Shown: in pieces, positions 13,480 through 28,289 of the stretch | How positions within the stretch are numbered: position 1 is the stretch's first letter | How the letters are laid out: each line of letters starts with the position of its first letter | NCBI RefSeq assembly: GCF_009914755.1 | Contig: NC_060929.1 | DNA from: the human T2T-CHM13v2.0 reference genome, Homo sapiens | Length of the DNA: 64,000 nucleotides | Direction: 5' to 3' (one strand) | Notes under the pieces: generated by a model | Databases searched by the model: none | What the model saw: only the letters and a program-made list of their open reading frames with translations | What the model was told of the DNA's origin: nothing | Program-made: the position numbers and the translations under genes

Positions 13480-14070
13480 ACATTTGCCTTTCTATAGCAT
13501 ATTCTCTAGAGAGTAACAGGGAATATTTTTTTAAAAACCCGTAGATGAGCTCTTATTAGCCCCATGCTCAAAGGTGTATATGAGACTACAATTTCCCCAC
13601 TCCTTCTGTTTCTGACCTTGCCTGCTTTTACTATCTCTCTTGTTGCCTCCATTCCAGACATAACAGCTTCCATGATGGTCTTCAAATATCAGACAAGGTC
13701 TACCTCATGGCTTTTCTGCTGGTTATTCCTCTACCTGAGATAATTTTTGTCTCCCCTCATTAAACTTTTTATCAATAGTCACTTTCTTTATGAACCCAAA
13801 CCTAATTGACTACAACAGATAACAGTGCAATCCCCTCTTCTTCACTCGTATGCCCCCCTTACCTGCTTTACATTTCATAGCCCTAATTACCTTCTAACAT
13901 CCTATGTAAACTAGTAGCTTTAATTTTGCTTGCTGCATATTTCCTCATACCAGAATATGAACAACACAAAACTAGGCCAGTTTGCGTGTTTTGTTCACTT
14001 TTGTACCCCACTGCCTACTTTGGGGCTTGGCACATAGGGAGCACTCAATAAATACTTAATCGAGGCATGA
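13480..14070 (+). mobile_element. L2 3' end fragment
   Basis: Ends ...cttggcacatagggagcactcaataaatactt, the typical L2 terminus. Confidence 0.7.
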
Positions 14071-17000
14071 CTAATTACAAAATTTCAAACAATAATCCCC
14101 TTCTCAGAAAGACATTTAAAAATTCGGGAAGATAGGCTATATTTTGCACTGTACTGGACACACAGAGCTCTGTGACATCTGTCATTAGTGTGCTGCTGTT
14201 ATAGATGTTAATGTTATCAGTGGAGGATTCATAAGTAGTGTTGTTTGAGGAAATGAACTGGGTGAGCTGTTAACCAATTATGCACACACATCTATGCATA
14301 TACATACACACAGTTTACACACTCACTCACATGATCTTGGAAAGGCATACCAAAGCTTGAATTTAAAGCAAAGTGACTCATTCTGGTCTTTGGCCAAACC
14401 CTGGCAAACAATGGCTTACCTAGTGCTCAACAACCTGCAAAGTGGTCACTTCGAAAAAGACATCAGGCAGAACCTCACATTAGGATGCTGTGAGCAGAAC
14501 CAAACTCCAAAATAGTGATTGCATCTGGAAATCAAAGTCTGATCAGAAGGAGTTCCAGGTGAATGTCTTTCTTCCAGGCACACACACACACATGCATGCA
14601 CACACACACAACTATCTAACAGTAAGACATTTGTTAAGTATCTAGAAGGTAATATATTAATACATTTTAGAAAACCTAGCATTCTCCCTTTAGAATCACT
14701 TTATGCACTACCAGTGATTTTTTTTTTAGGTTTTAATTGTAACATTTCTTTTCATTTATTTCTCAGCCCATTATAAAATTCCTGGATATTTTCCCATTTG
14801 TGATTACAGTCACTGATGTATCTTGCTACTCAGAAAAATGTACGTGTACAGTAAGAGAAAGTAGGATTAAGTTACAGTAGCAATAACCATGTCTTCACAG
14901 CTACTATTTAGATTACTTAAGCATCCAATTATTTAATCCAAAAAGATTAATTTTACTTTGATTTTAGTGCAAAAGATCTATTAATGACATGGAAGGAAGT
15001 TTTCATTTGGTTAATCACTTGAATGAGGGTCATTCATATCTATCGTCAGAAGCAGACAGCTGAAGCTAAGTCATGAAAATAAATGTTCTCTCTCTCGCTG
15101 TGAGTGTGGATCAGCTTGGAAGGACTGGACTAGGTACTGGGACATATCAACATGGATTGAAATATAGACGCTACATGGAATATGATAGGACAGTAGCTAA
15201 TTCTCATATACAGGGTAACATTTGTATGTTCAACATTTCAACATTTTGTCAGTGTTCTCTAGTTCTGGGTTTTACCTAAAAATGAACAATAAATTGTAGT
15301 TTCCCCTTATTCTAAATATAAATATTTTCCACTGATACTACATTCACAAGTACTTTCTTAACAATTTCTGTAACGTGTGAAGTCTTTTAAGTTTGCTTTA
15401 ACTCAACGAAGAAGGAAAATGCAGTCATTGATTATAGCTTGTCCAAATATTTTACACAAATCTCCTTTAAGTGTTAACTCTCCTTTTCTCTGCATGAGAT
15501 CTGAATAGTTAATGAGACAAATGGTGCTAAACTGGTGTGCACTATGGAAATTTTGCATTTCAGTGACTCCAGACTAGCTTTTGTAATAAGGCCATTTAAT
15601 AAATTGTTTCAGATACTGTTCCAAGCTAAACTAATAAGTTAGCTTTAATACAGGTTATATAGACACATGAAGCAAACACAAACATACTACACATGTGTTT
15701 TCATTTTTGCATTCAGCACTTTTGTAAATAACATATGAAAATAAACAAAAGTGACTCTGGCCTTATAAAAATCTATTTTTGGAAGTATTTGTATAAATTT
15801 TCAAATGTTCTATAAAGGGATGTAAAGTGATGTAAAGTAATGAACCCTCTATAGCAGTCACTATTTTTTTAAGCAATTGTACTCAGCTAGAACATAGCAA
15901 AGAAAAGCCTTGCTTTCCTTTTCCCTTCCTCTCCAAAGTTAGACTGTTCAACGAGTTTCTTCAAGGGCAACTATAATCTTTCTGCTGCCTTCTTCGAAAT
16001 CATACAATGAATGGCTTCATATTGCCTATCAAGGAAAGCATAATTTCCTTACCCTGGAATTTGAAATATCTGTAATTTTAAAAAATCTGTTCTAACTACC
16101 AGAAGATCATCAACTGAACTATTAGACAACTTGACCCACTGGGACATTTAGGCAGAACTAAAGTCAGAAATACCATTATGACTAAGCATTGGCCTCTCCA
16201 ATAAAATTTTCATTTTTTCCAATCCCAAGGAATATAGTAAACTGGGTCTTGATATATGTCAATGACAATATAAAATGGCATCTGGTCTAGTAATGGTGCC
16301 TAGGGCATGTTAACCTGTGTCATCAAACATAATAGAAGCACAAGCACATTACAGAGTAGGCCACAGCCTACAAGTGGGAATAAGGTGAATGTTCCATTTT
16401 GAGGTGAGAGGCATCTGCCCATGACATGGTAAGGGGTAGGATCCAAGACAGGAAGGTGAAAGCAGAGATAAACTTTGTTGTTCAGAAATGGAGAGTGGTG
16501 GCAGGGGGTCAGTGGGGACACCACATTTTATGGACTGAAGATCTCCCTAATTACAATTAATAACTTCAGCTTAAAAAACATGAAGATGCCCAGGATTCAT
16601 TCCAGAATCCTGCAAATCAGTATTCTTGATCACGCTTTATGTGAAATTCCCCACCACAATGCCATAAATAATTTTGTTCCTGATTTTCTCAAATTGAATA
16701 AGATTAAGAATACCGATCAGTGGTTGGTGGAGAAAACTATAAAGCAAAATTCTGTTTTTGTGTTCCTTGAAACCAGGCTGAAATCAGGGGTATGGGAAGG
16801 GGATCCTGGAGGTTATCAAGTTGAATAAGATCTTTTGAAAATCCAGGACTAAGTCTTTCTTTTAAAAAAAAAAAGAAAAAAAAGGAAGAAAGAAAGAGAG
16901 AGAAGAAAAATCCAGGTAAGTAAATAAATTGTGCTTTATCATATGCAGATTCAGAGCCTACCTACGTTTTGGTGGATCTGTTGATGTACATTATGTTACA

Positions 17001-18950
17001 TAAGGGATTAGAAGAACAAAGTTACCAGCTTCAATTGCTTTTGATAAAAACCAAATAAAGCACGTTTTGTTTTTTAAAAAGACCCAGCCTTACAATGAAA
17101 TCCAGCCCTTGCTATAATCATCATGTCAATGGTGCTATGTGTGGAACTAAAGGATTAGCCAAAAAGAGTGTGTAGGTTTCTGTTTTGTCATTTTTAATTT
17201 TTCAATACTGTCAAGCTGAAGAGAAGAATGATAAGTACTTTTGTGCATGATTAAATAATGATTTATTTATTGACCACATGGAAGATAAAGAAACTTTGCA
17301 AAATATAGAATAGGAGATAATTCCTTTCTTAGTAAGAGTTTTAAGTTTTGGACTCAAAAACGTAAATACCTATAGGAATTTGCCAAGCATGTAATACAAA
17401 TAGGCTTGGTGTAAGAAAATCTCATTGCCAAATCATAATCACACCTTCTTTATTTCACGAAACTAATTGATAAGCATATTACTTTATCCAGCTGTGTATA
17501 GAAAAGGGGATTATATTTTAAATTGGAAATCTTAACAGTTGAAAATAGAAATGCTCAATTATGTTCATTTTAATTCTATAACATTTTAATTAGTGAAATA
17601 CAACCTAATCTTTTGTTTTATTATTTACGCATGTTAAAGTCAGATCTTGTATTTTTGTGCTGTACAAAATTTACACTTGAATCTTTTAGCTGATGATAAT
17701 GCATATTTTAATGGTCTTAAAATTGAAAAAAAAATCCTCTGTATAATGGAGTTATTTGAAGGGAGTTAATAGAGGTATAACACTGCACAATAGTGTTTTT
17801 CTTTTTATTTCAAGTTGTTTTTAAAATCCTGACACTCCAATATCATCACACAGAGTTATGAAAGTCTTTCCCAATCTTATACAATGAATACATGTGTAAT
17901 TGTTCATTTACTTGATCAGTAGTTATTAAGAAAAAAAATCTGATCAATGTTATTTTGTTATTTTATAAACTCTTTTTGAAATTCAGATTTCAGTTCCGCA
18001 TGTGTAGTTCAGAGTATTCATTCATTTGCCAAATCAATGTTGAGCAAATATTTTGTCCCAAACACTATTCTACTCAGGTACTGAAGGTACCATGTGAATA
18101 TGAAAATATTCCTGCTCTCATAAAACTTAAATTCTAAAGAAGAAACCAAAATTGGAGATGATAAGTTGTAAAGAAAGTCCTTTTTAAAGGGATAACATTT
18201 ATGCTGATGAGTGAATGACAACCAAATGTTGATTGCATACATAGTTATGAGAATAGAAGTCCAATCTGAGGAGACAGCACATTTATTTCTACATACTGGT
18301 GTGAGGCTAAAAAAAAAAATCAAAATTACATAATGAGTTTTTCAATTTACAATAACACCCGGAAAAAGTGAATCACAACAGGACAATATGGAAAGTGTTG
18401 ATAAAGGCTGTAATTTCGAACATAGAGGTCAGTACACTCTTTGCTGGTGAATCAAAGTGGGACATTACTGTTAAGTAACATTATTATGGTAGAATCTTAG
18501 GAAAACTCCCCAAATGCTGCTTGAGACATCTGATACTAACATACATAATTTTCCCTACACTGTGGAACAGATGGGACAACATAGTATTGTCAATTTTCTG
18601 AAGAAAATTGTGCTAAGGTCATATCACACTCTCTAGAAGACAGTTCACAGGTCTTTACTAAAAGAAGAATGCGTATTTTTAGAGAACCAAAGGTGAAAAT
18701 TCCTCTGGTTGGGAAGTCACTTTGTTTGTGGTTGATTAGTATGACTCCATAGATAGGTTGTATCTGTTTAGCCAAATAAGGCAAATTTTATTTGTCTGGA
18801 AAAACTAATAAAGCCTATTAGAATATGTGGCCATTTGCTGAAAGGCACTCAGTGTTAGATACTAAATGCCTAGTTGAACACGCCCTGGTTAGTTGACTGA
18901 AAAATACTAAACAGGTGAAAAAACTTGCTACCCTTAGAGAGCAGAGAAAG

Positions 18951-19564
18951 TGAGGTACGAGAATAGGGTCTGGAGACAGGAAACCTAAGGCCAGTTTGTG
19001 CGGATTCCCCAGAACTGGATCAGAGGGAAAACCCCACCTCTCCATGCCCAAGTACCAAAGACCAGAAGCCACTTTCCCTAAAAACCCCCACTTTACTGCC
19101 AACACAAATGTAAAGTGCCTATGACTGGCCGTAGGCCACTCCTTCAATTGCATAAGGCATCAATTCACTCTGGCTTCTGAGTAGGTAGGCCACTCCTTTG
19201 CTTAGGCCTCTAATTGGCCATGGACCATGCCTTCATTTGCATAGGGTGGCAACTCATCACTGGCCTCTAGTTGGCTGGGGCCAATTCACTTCAGCCTCTA
19301 ATTGGCCACAGGCCAAATCCTTCATTCACCTGGGGGTAACCAATAGGAAACCTCTAAAGAGTACCTAAACCCCAGAAAACTTTGCAACTGGAGCTCTTGA
19401 GCCACTTGCTCTAGCCACTCCCACCCTGTGGAGTGTACTCTGGCTTCAATAAATCTCTGCTTTCACTGTTGTATTGTTCCTTTTTTTGTGCATTTTATAC
19501 AATTCTTTGTTCAACATGCCAAAAACTTAGACAACTCACACTCAAGACCTTAATTCCATTAACA
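18951..19564 (+). mobile_element. MER51-family ERV1 solo LTR
   Basis: TG...CA ends; start tgaggtacgagaatagggtctggagacaggaaacctaaggcc; repeated ggcctctaattggcc units; AATAAA near 19448; flanks aaag/gaag. Confidence 0.8.
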
Positions 19565-19883
19565 GAAGTAATGTGGATAATATCTGGATATTGTTTAGAA
19601 TTACATTGAAATATTCCTCAACTAGAAAGCTCTCTGAAATGTAGTGTTCATCTTACTGATGTACACTGAGACATGATTCCAGAAAGACCTAGATCTTGTA
19701 AACTGCACTAATGGGAGAAAATGTAATGGCCTTAGTATGAGATCACTACTAGAAGAATCAAAGGGGGATTTTTTTAAGCTCCTGTTCGGGCCAAAAATAA
19801 AGCAAAGGCAAGGGAACAAGTTAGAATCTCAGGAATGACCCTTCAGTGGACCACGCAATGTAGTTATTTTTACAAAATTTTTT

Positions 19884-20107
<224 letters not shown>

Positions 20108-20244
20108 CTATACATGTATTTAGACTTCAGCAAGTGTACATCAGAAAAATAGAATATCATTGTTCCTGTGAGTCCTGACCAAATGCAACATCCTCCCTAT
20201 TTAAAGGATAACGTTATTCATTATTTCATTAATGTATGCAGTGA

Positions 20245-20850
20245 GATGTAGTTTGACCTAATGGTTAATGTATTAGTCCGTTTTCACGCTGCTGATAGAG
20301 ACATACTTGACACTGCACAATTTACAAAAGAAAGAAGTTTAATTGGACTTACAGTTCCACGTGGCTAGGGAAACCTCACAATCATGACTCAAGACAAGGA
20401 GAAGCAAGTCATGTCTTATAAGGGGATGGCAGCAGGCAAAGAGAGAGATTGGGCAGGGAAACTCCCCCTTACATTACCGTCAAATCTCCTGAGACTTATT
20501 CACTATCATGAGAACAGCATGGTGGGAAAGATGATTCAATTACCTCCCACAGGGTTTCTCCCACAACACGTGGAAATTCAAGATGCGATTTGGGTGGGAA
20601 CATAGCCAACATATATCAGTTAAGATGCTGAATTCTAGTATTAACTATTTGAAATTAAAATTCTGTTCATTTACCTGTTGACTGTGTGACTTTTGGCAAG
20701 GTATTGAAACTATGGCTTAGTTTCTAAATCTGAAAATTAAAAATATAATAGCATTTACCTCTTATGCCTCTTGGGTAGAAGATTAAAAAAATTTAAATAT
20801 GTAATGTGCTTAAAATGTGTCCAAAATATTGTAAGTACTCACTAAATATT
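20245..20850 (+). mobile_element. MIR split by a THE1 insertion
   Basis: ...taatggttaa|gatgctgaattc...ctgtgtgacttttggcaag...cttagtttctaaatctgaaaat, resembling the MIR core. Confidence 0.65.
20269..20618 (-). mobile_element. THE1B-like solo LTR
   Basis: tgtattagtccgttttcacgctgctgat...atatatca; perfect 5-bp TSD GTTAA (20264-20268 / 20619-20623). Confidence 0.93.
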
Positions 20851-20851
20851 A

Positions 20852-21214
20852 GGAAGAGGAGCTGGAAAGGGCATGGTGCGAGAGGAAGCTGATCTTTCCC
20901 TGAAGTCCAGCAGTTTCCAATGGGGCTACTCTCTGAAGTTGTACCATCCGAAGTTAGTCTCGGACGCTCAGTTGCTTCTTCTCCTCTCAACATTCAGCTG
21001 CTTATCTCTCTTCCAGCTGAGGCCTGGGGTTTATATGGGCACAGGACAGGGAGGGTGGGGGTGGAGAGCAGAGTAGGCCAAAAAATTAACATTTGAGCAG
21101 AAAAACAGGGATAACTGCTCTTATTTATGGTCGTGTTTTCCAGGCTTGAGGGTGGGACCTTTTCCGGGGAACTGCCCTCTTCTACCCAGTATTTCCCTAC
21201 CTCCTGTTCATATT
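20852..21214 (-). mobile_element. MER50/MER52-group ERV1 LTR fragment
   Basis: ccaggcttgagggtgggacc...gaactgccctcttctacccagtatttccctacctcctgttcatat is the reverse complement of the shared 5' end of this LTR group; the other end is missing. Confidence 0.75.
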
Positions 21215-21579
21215 GTAATGATTAAATTGTTTGCAATATTTGATGCTGTAGAAACAGTAAGGAGGGATTTTTACCTTCACCTTTACCTTCACCTTAACAT
21301 GCCCATGGGAGAAATTCTTTATGATTTTATGACTTTTGATATCCTGTAGCCAGTGACCACCAGGAATTCACCAGCAGTTCATCAGTTGGGTTTGTCAGTT
21401 TTTTTATTAATATGCTGGAGAGAACTACAGGGCACCTCAGGAAAAGTGTGTTAAAAGAGGCTTAATACATGGTTTGGATTTGTGCCAGGGGATTTGGAGG
21501 ACAATTTAAGAAAATGCCAGTTTGTTCTGGATTGGGTGTTGTCAAAAGCAAGGGCAGTTCTGATTGGTTATCCATAAAT

Positions 21580-22375
21580 ACATTTTTGATAACAGTCATC
21601 CTAACGGGTATGGAGTGGATCATATTGTGGTTTTGATTTACGTTTTCCTAATGATTAGTGATGTCAAGCATCTTTTTTATGTGCTTTTCTGCCATTTTAT
21701 ATCTTCTTGAAGAAATGTTTATTCTGTTTCTTTGTCCGTTTTTGAACAGTGATATGGTTTGGCTTTGTGTCCCCCCGCCCCCCATATCACATCTCGAATT
21801 GTAATCCCCACGTGTTGGAGTAGGGGCTTGGTGGGAGGTGATTGTATCATAGGGGTGGACTTTCTCCTTGCTGTTCTTGTGATAGTGTGTGAGTTATCAC
21901 AAGATGTGGTTGTTTGAAAATGTGTGGCACTTTCCGCTTCACTCGCTGTCTCCCTCCTCCTCTGCCATGGTAAGACGTGCTTGCTTCCCCTTCACATTCT
22001 TCAATGATTGTAAGTTTCCTGAGGCCTCCTATTCATGCTTCCTGTTAAGCCTGTGGAACTGTGAGTCAATTAAACTTGTTTTATTCATAAATTACCCAGT
22101 CTCCAGTAGTTCTTCACAGCAGTGTGAGACCAGACAAATACAAATAGATTATTTGTTTTTTACTTGTTAAGCCATACAAGATTTTTATATATTCTAGATA
22201 TCAACTCCTTATCAGATACACGATTTGCAAAAGTTTCTCTTATCACGTGGCTGGCTTTTTTACTCTGTTGGTAATGTCTTTCAATTTGAAAACTTCTAGT
22301 TTTTGTGAGATCCAACTCCCTTTTTTTTCCTTTTGTAGCCTGTGCTTTTGGGGTGATATTCAAAAACATCATTTC
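21580..22375 (-). mobile_element. L1M fragment (ORF2 3' part) split by MSTA LTR
   Basis: cattgtggttttgattt-like L1 motif at 21623; minus ORF FLNITPKAQATKGK...FANRVSDKELISRIYK. Confidence 0.8.
21750..22142 (+). mobile_element. MSTA-like solo LTR
   Basis: tgatatggtttggctttgtgtcc...taaattacccagtctc...agacaaataca; TSD aacag/aatag. Confidence 0.9.
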
Positions 22376-24269
22376 CAGAAAGCTATTTAGTTCAGTCCCT
22401 AATATTCATTCTAGTCCCCCTACTGAATTATCTTGTTTATAGTTATTTGATTGGTTATCTTGGAGTTCCTATTTAGATGATCCTTGTAGACAGTCACTTC
22501 TTTTTCAACATTTATCATTGATTTTTTTTCTTTCCTTTCTGCAGTTGATAAAGTCGAGGGATTTTCAAGCTAAATTATTGTAAAGCTAATTTTATCTTAA
22601 TAATTTTTTGAAATTTACATTTGATTTTGTCAGGATTTGCATAAAGCTGAAGGCTATGGAGCAGATCCTAAATGTATTATAAATAATGCCAATGCAGTTT
22701 CAGAGAGAAAAGCAAAAACATATTGAGAAATAAAGGAGAAAGATTAGTTACATAATTTAGGTAATAAAGAGGAGCATGTCAATAAGAAATGAGAGTTTAG
22801 ATGACAATATATTATATTTTGCAAATAGAGGTAGAGAAATGCTTGTCCTTTTTAGGCCATCAGGGTTTGTAAGAATGATAGATGAGAAGAGACTAATCTG
22901 AAGTATTTCTACAATTTATTGTACAACGTATTATAGTGCCAGAACTGCCCAAAGTTTCCAGACAGTATCTAACCTAATTGCAGAGAGGTAGTAAAGACTG
23001 ACAATGGTACTACCTACTTCTGTGATAGTGGCAGTGTTGTGGTGCTGATGAGTGAGGCAGCTGGTTCTTTGCTTTCTGACAAACTTTAGAGAAATGATCT
23101 AGACAGTGAACTTATTCATCTAGCTATATCTATTAATACTTTAATAGCTAAACAATACCTCAGTACATGTAGTAAAAAAAATGTTGAATTGCTCAAAAGA
23201 ATTGAGAATTAAGAGGTGAAAAACTCTGCTAATCACCACAACAATGCCACCTTATGGCATTGTCCCAATTCTCACTTCAGAGCTAACAACACCGAGCAAG
23301 TTGTGATATATCTTTCCAGAGTTTTAAAAATGAATTTTAGAATCCATAGGTACATAAATAGATATAGTAATTTAGCTTACTTTCTACATACATGAAATCA
23401 CACTATGCATATTGTTCAGACATTTTCTTTATTCCATCTAATAATGTATCACAGATATATCTTCCTATTTCAAATTGTATCTCGAATTTATTTGTTCTAT
23501 TATATCATAAAAATTTATCCAGTCTTTTCTGGTTGAATATTTATATCATTTCAAACTTCATATTTTATGCATATGTTAATGATACTATTAATATATCTTT
23601 GTACATATTTAGAGGATAGATATATCTAAATTTAGAAATAATTTTCGAACGAGTATACAGATTTTCATATAAAACATAATATATCCTTTGAAAAAAGATT
23701 GTATAAATTTATATTCTTGACTTTTGAAATTTAATTAATCCATTAAAGCCAAAGTTAATGCTGTGTTTCCTTTCTATTATGTGAGATGTCATTTACCTTA
23801 TTTTAAAAATCTGTGTGATTGTTTTACAATTTGAGTATACTTTTGAAATTGCATTAACCTTTTGGTTACATAGAGTTACATGTTAACATTAGAATACTAT
23901 ATTCATGCATTATGAGGAAAACAGCGTTAGTGAAAGGAAGCACAGCCTTTGGAGTCATATGGCTCTGCCTACATTACAGTCCCACTTTCATGATTTGTCA
24001 CTTTTCTGACCTGGGTAAACAACTTAATCATATGAAGCTTTAGTTTTTTACTCTGTGAAATAGAATTAGTAATGCAAACCTAAAATTTCATACCAGATGT
24101 CACCAAAAAAAAATGTTTAATCCCATCAATTATATTTACAAGTGGCTGAAGTCATTAAGTTTACTTAATTTAAATAATATCAGTATTTTTAATCTGGAAT
24201 AAAAACAAGATCTGTGCATTCAAGGAGCCCTTGATGAAATATTCAATTTTTTGTTAAAATAGAATTTAC

Positions 24270-25738
24270 TTTTTATTTCCATAAGTTTTGGGGAACAGGT
24301 GGTGTTTGGTTACATAAATAAGTTATTTAGTGGTGAGTTCTGAGATTTTGGTGCACCTATCACCCAAGCAGTGTACATTGTACCAAACATGTAGTCTTTT
24401 ATCCCTCACCCTCTACCCACCCTTTCTCCTGGTCCCCAAAGTCCATCGTATTATTCTTATGCCTTTACATCCTCATAGTTTAACTCCCACATATGAGTGA
24501 GAATATACAGCGTTAGTTTTTCATTCCTGAGTTACTTACCTTACAATAATCGTCTCCAAATCCATTCAGGTTGCTGCAAAGGCCATTATTTTGTTCTTTT
24601 ATATGGCTGAGTAGTATTTCATGGTGTGTATATGTACCATGTATATATAGCTGTGATATATATATTACATTTTCTTTATCCACTAATTGATTGATGGGCA
24701 TTTGGGCTGGTTCCCTATTTTTGCAATTGCATATTGTGCTGCTATAAACATGTGTGTTCAAATATTCCTTTTTATTAGATAATGGCTTCTTTTCCTCTGG
24801 GTAGAGACCTAGTAGTGGGCTTGCTAAATCAAATGGTAGATGTACTTTTAGTTTTTAAAAAAATTTCCACACTGTTTTCCATAGTGGTTGTACTAGTTTA
24901 CATTCCCATCAATAGCATAAAAGCTCTCCCTTTTCACTGCATCCATGCCAACATCTACTATTTTTTTATTTTTTGATTATAGCCATTATTGCAGGAGTAA
25001 TGTGCTATCGCATTGTGGTTTGGATTTGCATTTCCCTGATAATTACTGATGTTGAGCATTTTTTCCATATGCTCATTGGCCATTTGTATATCTTCTTTTG
25101 ATAATTGTCTATTCATGTTCTTAGCCCATTTTTTTGATGAGACTTCTTGTTTTATTGCTGATATGTTTGACTTCCTTGTAGATTCTGGATATTAGTCCTT
25201 TGTAGGCTGTATAGATTGTGAAGATTTTCTCCCACTCTGTGGGGTGTCTGTTTACTCTGCTGATTGTTTCTTTTGCTGTGCAGAAGCTTTTTAGTTTAAT
25301 TAAGTCCCATTTATTTATCTTTGCTTTTGTTCCATTTCCTTTTGAGTTCTTGGTAATGAAGTCTTTGTCTAAACCAATGTCTAGAAGTGTTTTTCTGATG
25401 TTAAGTTCTAGAATTTTTATGGTTTTGGGTCTTAGATTTAAGTCTTTGATTCATCTTGAGTTGATTTTTGTAGAAAGTGAGAGATGAGGATTCAGTTTCA
25501 TTCTGCTACATGTGGCTTGCCAATTATCCCAGCACCATTTGTTGAATAGGGTGTATTTTCCCCACTTTATGTTTTTGTTTACTTTGTCAAAGATCAGTTG
25601 TCTGTAAGTATTTGGTTTATTTCTGGGTTCTCTATTCTGTTTCATTGGTCTATGTCCCTATTTTTATACCAGAACCATGCTGTTTTGGTGACCATGTTCT
25701 TATAGTATAGTTTAAAGTCGCGTAATGTGATGCTTCCA
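24270..25738 (-). mobile_element. L1PB-like 3' segment (3' UTR and ORF2 C-terminus) of a 5'-inverted L1
   Basis: ttttggggaacaggtggtgtttggttacat L1PB-type terminus; minus [30 protein letters not shown]. Confidence 0.92.
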
Positions 25739-27097
25739 TTCAAGACTACTATGAACATCTTTGCATGCATACACTAGAAAACCTAGAGGAGATGGATAAA
25801 TCCTTGGAAATATACAACTCTCTTAGATTAAACCAGGAAGAAATAGAAACTCTGAACTGACCAATAACAAGTGGTGAGATTGAAATAGTAATTTAAAAAT
25901 TGCCCACAACAAAAAAGTCCAGGACCAGATGGATCCACAGCTGAATTCTATCAGATAATCAAAGATGAATTGGTACCAATCTTATTGACACTATTCCACA
26001 AGATAGAGAAAGAGGGAATTCTCCCTCAATCTTTCTATGAAGCCCATATTACCCTAATACCAAAATCAGGAAAGGACATAACAAGAAAAGAAAACTACAG
26101 ACCAATATCTCTGATGAATATAGATGAAAGAATCATTAATAAAATACTAGCTAACTGAATCCAACAGCATATCAAAGATACAATCCACCATGATCAAGTG
26201 GGTTTAATACAAGGGATGCAGGGATGGTTTAACATAGGCAAGTCAATGAATGTGATACACCACATAAACAGAATTAAAAACAAAAATTATAAGATCATCT
26301 CAGTAGATGCAGGAAAAGCATTTGACAAAATCCAGCATCCTTTATGATTAAAACCCTCTGCAAAATCGGCATAGAAGGGAGATAGCTTCAGGTAATAAAA
26401 GTCATCTATGACACACCCACAGCCAACATAATACTGAATGGGGAAAAGTTGAAAGCATTTCCCCTGAGAAGTGGAACAAGACAAGGATGCCCACTCTCAC
26501 CACTTCTGTTCAACATAGTACTGGAAGTCCTAGCCACAGCAATCAAACAGAAATAATTAAAGGGCATCCAAATCAGTAAAGAAGTCAAACTGTGGCTTTT
26601 CACTAGGTATATAATTGTATACCTAGAAAATACTAAAGACTCCTCCAAAAAGCTCCTAGAACTGATACATGAATTCAGCAAAGTTTCAGGATACAAAATT
26701 AATGTACATGATCAGTAGCTCTGCTATACACCAACGGTGACCAGGCTAATGATCAAATCAAGAATTCAACCCCTTTTACAATAGCTGCAAAAAAAAATTA
26801 AAATACTTAGGAACATATCTATCCGAGGACATGAAAGACCTCTACAAATAAAACTACAAAACACTACTGAAAGAAACTGTGACACAAACAAATGGAAACA
26901 TATCTCATGCTCATGGATGGGTAGAATTAATATTGTTAAAATAACCATACTGCCAAAAGCAATCTACAAATTCAATGCAATTCCCATCAAAATACCACCA
27001 CCATTCTTCACAGAACTAGAAAAAACAATCCTAAAATTCATATGGAACAAAAAAAGAGCCTTCATAACCAAAGCAAGACTAAGCAAAAAGAATAAAA
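25737..27097 (+). mobile_element. L1PB-like inverted 5' segment (ORF2 RT region)
   Basis: Plus ORFs [22 protein letters not shown]...[10 protein letters not shown] and [24 protein letters not shown]...KARLSKKNK. Confidence 0.92.
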
Positions 27098-27154
27098 TTG
27101 AAAATTTTAACAAAGTACCCTTAGAATTCTGAGCTTTAAGCAACAGGTTTATTA

Positions 27155-27517
<363 letters not shown>

Positions 27518-27824
27518 CTATATTTGCATTTTAGCTGTTATTTTTTTTTTGGAATTGGAACTGTGTCTACTGAAGAATAGAACCTATAAATAGAATAAAT
27601 AGAAATCAAAGTCATATTTTTGAACATCTAATATATTATACCTTCTGTTTCATTATATAAGATTAGTTGGTGAATAAGGGAAAATGGAGAAAAATAATGT
27701 GACATGCGTATGGATAAATTTTTGTTAGTTTTGATAAACTTTTGAAAGCACTTTTATTGGACACATTTATTTCATATTTATTAATGAATCCATGTACACA
27801 AATCCTATACCATTACTTTTGTCT

Positions 27825-27827
<3 letters not shown>

Positions 27828-27875
<48 letters not shown>
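27828..27875. repeat. (AT)~24 microsatellite
   Basis: Direct read. Confidence 0.97.
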
Positions 27876-27882
<7 letters not shown>

Positions 27883-28289
27883 TTACACCACAGGGGTAAA
27901 AAAGGGTAACAAAATAATTAAAACATAGAAAATAGGTGGAGATACTTCATTTGTGAAAGGAGTACATAAATATAAATCATTCATTCGGAAACTTAAGTCA
28001 GGTTAAATTAGTTGTATAAATGTATAATCATGATGTGGTTAAAATGTATGTTACCCTCACAATAGGCTAATAATAATAACACCTTATGAAATAAAATCAC
28101 AACATCTTGGTAAGCATGCAATTATGAGGAATTTTTATAAACATTCTGCTCATATTATTTGGTTGAATCACTAAGATTTTTACAGAATAAAAGTGTATGT
28201 TAAAATGGATTAATCATGGCTTATCATTTACACAGAACATTTCTCTTTAAATATGTTGGGTTTGACCACGGTGTTTTAACAGTATAAGG

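Noticed and set aside
16475-16828. 117-aa ORF in unique-looking DNA
   Set aside because: No recognisable domain or exon context; consistent with a chance ORF, possibly overlapping old repeat debris.
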